A stretch of DNA of 56,615 nt, counting the filler, from Dimargaris cristalligena (taxonomy: Eukaryota), in assembly GCA_003614675.1 (NCBI GenBank). It is 3 parts of 3 records of this genome, joined end to end, with 100 filler letters (N's around TTAATTAATTAA, not from the genome) between each part and the next. Parts side by side here need not be neighbours in the genome. Positions count along the whole stretch, not along the records: positions 37,846 to 56,615 come from ML002754.1; 2 more parts are not named here. One strand, written 5' to 3'. Below, in pieces: positions 46,509 through 56,615 of the stretch; the stretch's first letter is position 1; the number at the start of each line of letters is the position of its first letter. A program made the position numbers and the translations under genes. The notes below the pieces were generated by a model. The model searched no databases. It saw only the letters and a program-made list of their open reading frames with translations, and had not been told where the DNA came from.

Positions 46509-47067
46509 CTACTAGTAAGGCTCCGTGGGTTCAAGGCAGCAATGTTGTGGGTAGAGCAACGAAGGTCAAAAGGCAATGGTAAGCTCCTTTGGGCATGGAC
46601 AATACTTTAGTAATGTGGTGAATTTACTAACGGTCCCTTTTCCATAGTGTGTTGAGCAAGAAAATTTCGGCCCTGGCTATATAGAGTGGTTCGAGTGGAA
46701 TTTTTCTTTTCTTAATCAATGTGTGAGGGGGTGATTATGACACGTGACTCGACTGGCGGTCCAGAGTGAAAGGGAAAAGGGAGTGCCCGGTTTACTTTAC
46801 CAATAGGGCCTTGCTAATTAATGGGGTAATTAGAATCCACTGGTGGATTCGGAGTAATATTCAATGAAATTACGGGTTAAGTGAAAAAAGGACCACGATG
46901 ATACATTACCGAAGTGGGGGAATATTAGATTTCCATTATAATTAAATATAATATAAGTGAAATCCAACCCTACTATGCAGGTAGGGCTTCGAATGAAATA
47001 TACCCGATACAGTTTAGTGGTTTGTGCATTTCTCTACCCAGCGAAACCGGGGTTATACCAAACATAA

Positions 47068-47415
47068 TTTTCGTTATACGGCTAGGCTAAAGAACTCTCC
47101 CGTATGCGACTTCCAGCTCAAATGGTGATAGATATGGGTGAAGTTCATTCAGGCTGTGCAACGAAAAACCCATTAGATGGGGTCAATATTACTGGTTAAA
47201 AACTACTCACCCACATATTCTCCCGTACACGTATTATGTAAAACTTTATATAGCTGGTTTGAGTTTCATCCATATGGGAGTAGTTCATTCAGGCTGTATA
47301 ACGAAAAATCCATTAGATGGGGCCAATATTACTGGTTAAAAGCTACTCACCCACATACTCTCCCATACACAAATCATGTAAAACTTTATACAGTTGGCTT
47401 GAATTTCACCCATAT
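47068..47415 (+). mobile_element. Tandem pair of MITE-like elements (47132-47275, 47272-47415) plus an inverted left-end fragment (47068-47105)
   Basis: Two 144-bp units overlap at ATAT. TIRs ATATGGGTGAAGTTCA..CTGT / ACAG..TGAATTTCACCCATAT. 47068-47105 reverse-complements to ATACGGGAGAGTTC..GCCGTATAACGAAAA. Confidence 0.8.
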
Positions 47416-48492
47416 GGAGGGACATCTACTACGCCCATTAATGTGGTGGATATATACCTTAAATAGTACGCCTCCCACCAAATAGGGGCTATTTTGAATC
47501 ACGTGATAGATGTTTGTTTAACTGGGCCTGTTTTCGTTTAGCTGAATGCTGCACAGGGCTTGTTTAGTAACTAGTCCAACTACCCACCGGGCCTGCAGGT
47601 CAGTGCGAATTCCGGAAAGGGCAATAGGAGCCATCTATTTACGTTTCGGTGGAATAGTAAATACCATGTCCGTTCTACCGTCAGCAACTTCTAGCCGGTA
47701 GTTATTTATGAAACCATCGGAGTTTGATCGGGGGATTCACCACCCCGCGGTAGGATACGACGGATGACGATTCGAAGTGCATCGGACAATTACCGCAGTG
47801 AGTAATTAAATTAAGTCCGGCCACTAAATAGGGAAGGGTGAATGTATCGGGGAGAGGCCGGTGGGGTAAGAAACGGTAATGATGCAGGATAATAAAGGGA
47901 AAATAATAGGTGTAATGGGCGAGATCCCGTGTAATTGGCGGGTGAGGGGTCTTTGTAGCCGGCCTCGTCGTTGGTCCTCTTCCCCCCTTTTCCATGATGT
48001 ACCTCTTACACACCCTCTTGCTCAGCCACTGCCACTGCCGCTGAACGCGTTGGTGGTCTTGGACACCTCGCTGGGCCGCTTTGTTTTGCTCCTCCTTTCG
48101 CCTCTTTCTCTCCCTCCTTCCCTTCCACTTTCCCTGTGTTCGTTTCTGCTTTTCGAACCACGTCTCCCTCAGTAGATCCCTTTCCCAACCTTCATTTCCA
48201 CCTCGTTCCGTCGACGAACTTGTCCACCGTTGGCCACTCAACCCTTTCCAGCCTTGGTTACCTCCACCCCAAGCCCATTAATACCTCTACTGGGCGCATA
48301 TCGCTCCCAAACACTCTGGCGGCCGGTGAGACTGTATCCCTTGGTTTGTGTTGTTGTCGAACCCCGGCTCATCCTCCCCCATTCGAGTGCGTCAGCTCTT
48401 TTCACGCTTCTCAGTCCTCCTACTTTTATAGTCAAGGCCCCCTTCCCCCAAAACCCTCCCCTCCCCACCGTCGCCCCACTCGCCGTAACACC

Positions 48493-51400
48493 ATGCCCGT
48501 CTTAAATCGCGAGATTTACCAGCCGCAGCCTCCCCCCGACCCGGAAGTCCTGTCCGGCAAGAGCCAAAAGGTGTTCTACCTACCCATCACCAATGAAATC
48601 TCCCTCACCTACCCGGAACATGTGGACCGTTACATGGCCTGTCGGCGTCCCATGTGGCAATGCGCCACCACCGGTAAAACCGGCCTGACCTACCGGGAGG
48701 CGTGCGAGTCCGAGGCGGAGGCCCGTCGTTCTAGCGAAGTTCGATTCAACGACGACCTCAAAAGGGAAATTCTGGTACTCGCCCACGGAAGTAAGTGTCT
48801 GCTGTCGCTATAGGGGCCAGCATGTACATATCGTGGGTTGCCTAACTAATCCACGCTTACCACAAGCGAGGTTTCGGCTATATAGCTTGTGGATCATCAT
48901 TGCACCCGTAATCTTTGGCCGCGGCTCTCACCATGTCGATCGTTACTAACCCTGCACGGCATTTCCACTATTTTTTTCTCCTCCGTGTATAGAAACCACC
49001 CCGATGCGTGCGGTCGTGTCATGGATTATTGACCTCCTCCGTCACGTTTTCTACATCGGTGAATTCGTTCATTACAACCCTCCCGAGTTTAAACGCACTC
49101 TGTAAGTTATTATCCTAACCATACTAAGCACAATTACTTATTCTCGTACCTCGGCGTGCCTTGTTCGTCCGATCCCTAGCCCCACCTTATCGAATGTTGA
49201 AATTATACTAGACCCCTAAAACTCTCGACCACCCGCTTATTCCCCTACCCTCTCTCTTGTTACTAATAATAATAATAATAATATTATTATTGCCCAATAC
49301 CCAGAAGGCACGCCCGTATCGTACAGCGGGTATTCAAGGATCCCAGCGACGATCCTGCCCAAGAATTTAGAGTAGAGACCCCTTCCCACTATAAGATCCA
49401 GATTCTCAACGACAGTGGGCATCCCATTAAAGACTCAGAGCGTGAAGTGGCGGCCCATGAACTATGGCGCCCCCGTACAAGCATGACTCGGGACCATGTC
49501 CGCGAACTAATCAAGGCCAACTCGACCCGCGCGACTTCCACCAATGCACCTATTCTACTGAAGGTATGCGGAGTGTACTCGCCAGAGACTATTGTTGGAC
49601 TGGATTGACCTTGTAGAATTTATTGGTTTTGGCAGTTTACTGCCCGATCTACTCAATTAACCGTTTTCAATGTCCCATGTATTGTATTTCGCCCCAATTC
49701 CCCGGGTTTGAACGGGTGATGTCTTTACACCATTCCTACAGGCATCATTGCGTCAACAGTACGACGTAGTTGACCAGGAGGTGTACGATTATTCGGAGCA
49801 AGAAGGTGTCTCGGCAACCCCCCGGGAACGGTCTACTCCTGAGCCCACTGGGGCTAACAAGCGCAAGGTAAGCCTTTCTACTTCTCACTGGCAGTATCTG
49901 GGCCATCAATCCATCTCAGTTGATCTTTCCTATACGAATTGCCGATTCCATTCCGTATATAGCACCCAGGTTTGCTTTGGATTCTAAACGAAGTGCCCCG
50001 TTTTTCTATGATACCGTCTGCTATACCTTTTTTGTAGAGTCTTGCGGGGACCCCCGCTGGTCTAAATACCAAGAGTTCCAAACGGGAACATCTATTTGAT
50101 GGAATGGAATTCACTCGGTCGCCAACTTCGGGGCGCATTATTCCTCCTTATGGTAAGTCACCGGACCTAGCCCAATCCGCCTAAATAACTATCCTTTAAA
50201 ATTGCCTCATTTAGGAGGGGAGGTCATGCCTTATTTGCCACTGACCATCTGGTCCCCGAGTTACATTTTGGATAAAAACGGCAATTGATCAGATATTAAC
50301 CCGCTCACTATATCCCCTTATTCTTTACAGGAAAATCATTGTCGGTTCCCGGATCACCCCGAAAAGGGAAGAAAGCGGTCACTAAGGCCAGTCGTGCTGG
50401 AAGTCCGGCCCCGCTAGCCAAAGCTCGGGAACCCACTCCCAAGCCCCCACCGATTAAATACCCCATTGAGGATCTTTTGCTTTTGACGCTATCGAACAAG
50501 AAACCCCACGGGCAGACTAAATTGAACTTGTCGATGGGCCAATTAGCCTTATCGACTCCCAACGGCAATGAGGCTACCTCCGAGTCCGTCCCTGAATGGC
50601 CTATGCCGAGCTTTGACTACATCATTCCAGCCGCTGATGTTGAGGGCGCCATCAATACCTGGTCGTTTCTCAACATTTTTAGCAAACCCCTCTACCTGAG
50701 TCCATTCTCTTTTGACGACTTCGAACAGGCCCTGCAGCACCGGTCGGATAGTCACGATGGGCTGGTGTGTGATCTTCTGACCGAGGTTCTATGCTCCTGT
50801 CTCAATGCCATCATTGATAATTTGCATGCCGAGAACAAGGTGGGCGAACTGACTAATTCGAATGCCATGTTGGTGGACGACGAAGACGACAGCAGCAACG
50901 AAGACGCCAATGTCGGAGAGGTCGATGGTACCGATGCATCCGTAGGAAGCGAGAGAAAGCCCAGCCGCCTAAGCCGTTCACGTACCCGTAACGGCGGGGG
51001 TCCCCGATCCACCCGATCATCGAGTCCCGAAGACGAAGTGAGCGACGACACAGCCATTCAACCGCAGTCTGAAAAGGCTCAGTCGGTGACCGGGACGGCT
51101 GATCACAATCCACCCCAGTCGGCCCAGAGCGATAGTGATCACAGTAAGAAGGATTCCCATTCGGTGCTTCGTAAAACCAAACTGAAGCTCAGCCAGGAGT
51201 GGTTCAAAACCCTGATTCCGTCTAGCCGAGCCAATTGGACTTCCGTTCTTTTGGGTTGGCTTTTACATGTAAGTTTCGTATTCGCTTACAATATAACCGT
51301 TGGCTTAAAACCCCCCCGGTTTTGTATTTTCTAGTATCCCCCACTCTCTTGGTCGTATGGTGTGCAATCATCAAATTTCATACCCTGGCTGTGTTTCCCT

Positions 51401-52797
51401 AACTAATCTTAATCAAAATGCGTGCCGATTTTGAATTACTTGGTTGTTGGATTTTAGACTTCGGAGCTCTATCCGGAGTTGGCCCAGCTCACCGCTCATC
51501 TCTGTGAGGTTTTTGTTCGATCACCCACCGATTTTATCGCCGCTCTGGAAACTATGTCGGTGTCGGAGAAACTGATTATATTGGACCATCTCACCACCAC
51601 CGCAACGGGGTCTTGGGCCATTCGGTAAGTAATCCATGGTTGGGCCATCGTATCTCGGACAAGTATGTGGTATCCAATTCAATCAGACGACCCCAATGGA
51701 TCATACTAATTACATGCATGCATGCCTACCGATTTATTGCCCCATTACGGTACCTAGGGATTATATTGAAGAGTGCCACGAGCACCTGAGTATAATGCGC
51801 AAAGAACGAATCGATATCAACCGCGAAAGCAAAAAGATAGCGGAAGAGCAGGCCCAAATAACCAAATCAATGGACGTCAATGATTCCGATGAGACCGCTG
51901 AGGCGACCTCTTTGAGTTCAGCCGATGTCCGGAAAGCAGCCCGCGAACGGGCACAGGAACAGCAGGAGCAACAAAAGGCATTGCGTAAATTACAAGAGCA
52001 AGCTGATCGTAATGCGCGAAAAGTAGGATATTTGACCATCTATGATAATTTGACTTTTAGCAGTGTACCAACCGATTGAGGCCGTTCGTTCGAATATTCT
52101 ATACTTGTAGGCCATGTCCATCTAGAGACATCTCCTATTTCTAAATGCTAACTATTTTTTTTTACTTGGTATGGATTTACCCAACTTCTCACTGACATTT
52201 TGAACCCGGTAGCTGGAGCAACTAGAAAAGGATACCCGGAAATTCAACGTATTCGGAGTGAGCCCGCTCGGCAGAGACCGGTTTTATTCCACCTATTGGT
52301 ATTTCGATGGCATCGGTGGTACCGTCATTAGCGGCTCGGGTCGTTTATTTGTGCGCTTCACTAGCCCCCATGACCCGGCACTACTGGCTGATGGCCGGAC
52401 CTGGGACCAGTTAGTTGCCTATTTACCCCCCGACTATCCCGCCCTTCAATCGGCCACCGAGGCCAAAGCACCGAAATCGGCAACCACGCCCCCCTCGTCC
52501 AACCCTTCGCCGGCCTCATCCCCGTCCTTTTGCTGGGGCTACTACACGCAGCCGGACCAGGTCGATCAGCTCCTCAAGTGGCTCAATACCAAAGGCAACC
52601 GGGAGTTGGCTCTATCGAGTCAATTGGAGGGTGTCTACCGCCTGGTCACCAATAGTATGAAGCGTCGCCAGCAGGACTTGAATGCTATTTTACGTAATGA
52701 GGGTCAACGGAAAATCACCCGGCTACGTGGTCAGAACCCCGCTTCGGCGCTGCCTCGGCCGGCTTATTTGACCTACAAGAATAAGCTTGCCCCATAA
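48493..52797 (+). CDS. ITC1: ISWI-complex subunit Itc1/ACF1-like, WAC-DDT-WHIM-WSD (exons 48493-48790, 48993-49101, 49305-49563, 49742-49867, 50038-50152, 50331-51268, 51458-51624, 51758-52022, 52213-52797; 953 aa)
   Basis: WAC motif VFYLPITNE..Y..Y..RRPMWQCATTGKTGLTYREACESE; KYPIEDL; DDT motif WSFLNIFSKPLYLSPFSFDDFEQAL; WSD motif PLGRDRFYSTYWYFD..WGYY..LLKWLNTKGNRELAL. All splice phases are consistent. Confidence 0.9.
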
Positions 52798-55700
52798 ATC
52801 GGCAACTTGCCTCTCCCCTCGAGAATTTGCCGCTGTTGGTGACACGACCTGTTGCTTTATTTAAGTTATTGCATGCCTCTTATCCTAACCCTTATAATCA
52901 TACCTTATCATCCGTCTGTTTTACATATGATCCCCAGTATAGCTATTTGGCAAGCTATAGAGCTAGCTAGTCAAAAGTCTTAGAGATAACCGGCCATTTA
53001 TTTATTCGCTTTACTGATGCGTCGTTCCACTCGCCCAATGTCTCTTTACCATATATAATTTCATTTGAATTCTTATCAGTTGACTTGATAGGCTCCCTAA
53101 ACCACCTCCCATATAGTTTATCTAGTTGTTTAGTTAGTACCCCTTTAACCCCGGGATTTAAGGACCCCCCTATACCTCCCTCGCTTCTTTTCTTAATCCA
53201 CCTGTTTTGTGAATATCCCTTTATTACTAAAATTAAATTACCGTGAAAATCCGACTCTTTGCGCATGTCGCTTTCTTTTTATTATTGATTGGTGTTGGTC
53301 AGATAGTAGGAGGTATATATAGCTCCTAACACCTAACTAGTGAGGCAAAGTGATCCGTAGGCTGTAAAATTGTGTATAGTTCCCTTTTTTTTAATAGGAT
53401 CAGACCATTAAAATATGGATTATATTACCAAAACTGTGCCATACGCAGCATCGATTACCCAAGAGCTACAGCAGGCCACATATCTAAATTCACCCCACCC
53501 CCATCATCATCCCCCATGTTCCAACTAGTGTAAATACCTGGGATAACAACATACTTAGCTTTCTGAAGAGGATATGGCATATTCAAACCCAGTAAACGAG
53601 ACTAGGGATTGCCACGGTATGCTCCTGATAGTGCGAGAGAAAGTTAGTTATAAAAACTCATTATGTTACTAAAGGGAACATAAGTTCGTAAAAACACTAT
53701 TTTCCTTGAAGTAGAGGGAGGAAACTTAAGTATTAAAATTTATCATGTCTTTTGCCTCGTTCTATCCCTTTCTACTAACCGGCCTTATATAGTTATATCC
53801 TAATAGTCTTTTATATACCCATCCCTAGTGAATGCGTGCGTGCTTAGCATCTATTGTCTATTTCTCCTATTACCATACTCTCTCGAGTAAGTGCTGGCTG
53901 TGCTAATTCATGATGTTGCATTCGATAAAAACCTACCCATATGATCCCTTATCAGTATAAGCGATTAACCACTACGCCAAACAATATAATTTACTAGCCA
54001 ACTCGGTTACATTTAGCTATTCTATTTAATCGGGGAGTATAGCTGTTAGTGGTGTTAATGCCCAAAAATCTTGACATGCTGAATTTAAAAGAAATATTAA
54101 TAGGCATTATTATTTTGAACATTACTATATCTATAGTCATTAGATGCTAGTTTGCTGACGGGTAGGACTAGTCACAATAATCAAATTTGGTGCCAGCCAT
54201 GATAGCAAATTAAGAGTTTCACAAGAAAGAGAAATGTGATGGTTATGAGATTAGTCACCTAAGAGTAGTTGATGGTTTTAGTTTTATATGATGTCCATAA
54301 AGCTATCCAGAAGAGAATATAGGGGCTGAAAATAGAGGTAATCATACTACATAAAAAACATGTTATAGTACCACCATCCAACAGTATATACGCTTCTTTG
54401 GTCAAATGTCTATATAGTGAAGTGCCCTAGCAGTAAAACTAAGTAACCATGGTCAAGTCACTGTGACCACCTTTTGCTATTGTCTGGTTTCAACTAACAT
54501 ATTCAGTCTTTTAAAACTCAGCACTCAACACTCAACACTCAACATTCAATATCCAATTTATGATGTCAAGCACCGATAATACAAGCATATTCCACTAAGC
54601 GCAACATATATGTTTCAAAAAGAATAATTACATTATATATTGGACCTTTCATGGATCAATAATATGAATATTCCCGACAAAAAGTGGCTTTCAGTTGTTA
54701 TGGCACATTCTTAATTATGATGACCATACTAAATTCTCCTGAACAACGAGAAGTGGGACTATACCCTGAAGGAACAAAACCATTGGCAATGCATCTAGTC
54801 ATTGGATTAAGAAAATGGGGATGGTAGAAAAGGGTAGCGTAGGTGGCAAGGTATTGTTAGTACAGGGAATAAAAGTGGAAATAAGGGGGGGGGGGGTAAG
54901 AACGAATGAAGGATCACATTAAGAATTAACGAAGAGAAAATTGATCATTCCCTTTGTATTTTAATAATTCAAAGTATAGGGAATATGACTGTGTTGCCCT
55001 TGACTACCACGGGGGTAGGTGTTCATATTTGTACTAACATGAATACTTCAGAAAATGGGTGGAAAAAACCATTGGCAGTGGATAAGCGACCAACTGTAGG
55101 GATACAATGTATACTTTCTATAAGGGCCTGTAAACGCACCGTGTAAAGTGAATTCAATAGGACTTAATCAGAAGGGAAAACACAATTGCAATGCTAAACA
55201 ATGCTAAACCCCAGCATGCTGATTTAGTTTTAGAAATAGGCCAAAGCCACCAGCACCCCCTTGTTTTATCTTAATTGGTAAGGGGAATTCAATGTCTGAA
55301 GCTACATTGTGAGCCATTACTACCATTTTGGGATATAGTAGCTGCCTTTTATTTAGTCCAGGTTGGTGGCTAGTGCCATGACCCTCGTACTTCATTAAAA
55401 ATACTGTTTTTTTTTCCACAGTTAGGATTTTTTATTTAGCTTCATTATGCAATGGGTCAATGGCATCCCTTATGCTACACTTGACAGCCTCAGTTTCATG
55501 GGCCAGTTGGGTTTTCATCTCCCCTATAAAAACCAGTCGGTCCCTCCCCTCTGGGTTGCACCAATTTTACAGTTAAAGTCATATATATCCTCAAAATGAC
55601 ATTCATACACAAGCTATTTACTAATGGCCGGGATCGGCCCAGTAGGGACTACCCTACGGCTGATCCCAAGGCCCCTATTGTCAGACCCATTCATTAGGTT

Positions 55701-56615
55701 CTGCAAAAGGTAAGTTTCACTTATATGATTTATATATATTGTTTATATTTGATTTCTAGCGCAGCCATTCTCCCTTTATATGCTGCTCCATTGGCAACTA
55801 TTCAACTGGCATATGGTAGCTGCAATGTTCCACATTGATATTGTTGTTAGTTAAAGGGCGGATGTAATGATAATTGGGGTGGTGGCTCTTTGTGTCCAAG
55901 TATTTATACTGACCCTTGTCCCCTTTGCCACAACTGCCACTTACGTATTCCCTGTGTATTAGTGGTTAGAATACCATGGTCTCTTTCAAATGTGTAATGG
56001 TTTCTAACTAATATTGCTATATCTATTGTTTCTAATACTATATACCCTCAATGCAGATTAAACATGCACTACAGTCTCGGAAATAGTCAACCTTAAAGTA
56101 CAATAATTATGCCTCCCCGCCTTTCCACCTGGCCCATATTGTGTCAATTGGGCTAGTAAACCCTCAGAACATGGACTTTTTGTCACTCATACCCAGACAT
56201 TCCCTCCTGGGCACAGATGCCATCACCAAATGTTCACCAGGGATGTTTCCTGTGTTTTTCTATCAGTCATCCATTTATTCTTTATGGACATGGTTGTTTA
56301 CCATTTTCTCTCTTGGTGGCATTGATACTGTATTGCCTAGGGTACCCTGTATTAGCCAGGTAACTGAGATAATTGAGGATAGAATTAGGCCACTACAGGT
56401 GGTTACCATTCCCTTGGCCAGTGCACCCCTTGACAGATCAACAGGGACACCAATTAAGACATACCTTGCCATATGTGGTGAACTTACCACATTTTTTACC
56501 TACTTTTATTTTTATCTATTTTTCGCACTTATCGGAAGTACGCCCCTGACGAGTGAATGAGCCCCTGCCCCTGATGAGTATGGTCATTTTTCCTTCATTT
56601 TCATTATTATATTGT

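Noticed and set aside
47132..47415. Tandem units as a CRISPR-like array
   Set aside because: Eukaryotic context, only two units, no unique spacers; explained as a MITE dimer.
47702..48492. Overlapping ORFs upstream of ITC1 (47702..48241, 47879..48175, 5' part of 48136..48813)
   Set aside because: They arise from the pyrimidine-rich promoter/5'UTR; WAC-domain homology begins at ATG 48493.
38419..52797. SWC4 and ITC1 (both chromatin factors) as a functional gene cluster
   Set aside because: They are interleaved with unrelated housekeeping genes (ARL1, ESF1); ordinary gene-dense synteny.

Overview
Eukaryotic (fungal) genomic DNA with GT-AG introns. It is three unrelated contigs joined by artificial 100-bp N44-TTAATTAATTAA-N44 linkers (18830-18929, 37746-37845), so adjacency across linkers means nothing. 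Segment 1 (1-18829) holds a CpG-free decayed tract, three intronless paralogous Zn(II)2Cys6 transcription factor genes, a two-exon gene for a signal-peptide + F-box-like protein, and an inversion/duplication rearrangement. Segment 2 (18930-37745) holds tRNA-Val(CAC), a GPI-anchored Ser/Thr/Asp-rich protein, MTD1, a TMEM245/AI-2E-family membrane protein with a homopolymer frameshift, and a signal-peptide-bearing two-finger C2H2 protein with Msn2/BrlA-type DNA-contact residues. Segment 3 (37846-56615) holds SWC4, ARL1, ESF1, ITC1 and a gene-poor tail. A 144-bp MITE-like repeat occurs in all three segments. The most interesting signal is two secreted proteins carrying modules that only work inside a eukaryotic cell (zinc-finger DNA-binding domain; F-box). 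They are candidate host-translocated effectors. Gene style suggests an early-diverging, possibly mycoparasitic fungus (e.g. Dimargaritales), but that is an unverified impression. Exon models were built by hand from splice signals and frame continuity; no searches were run.
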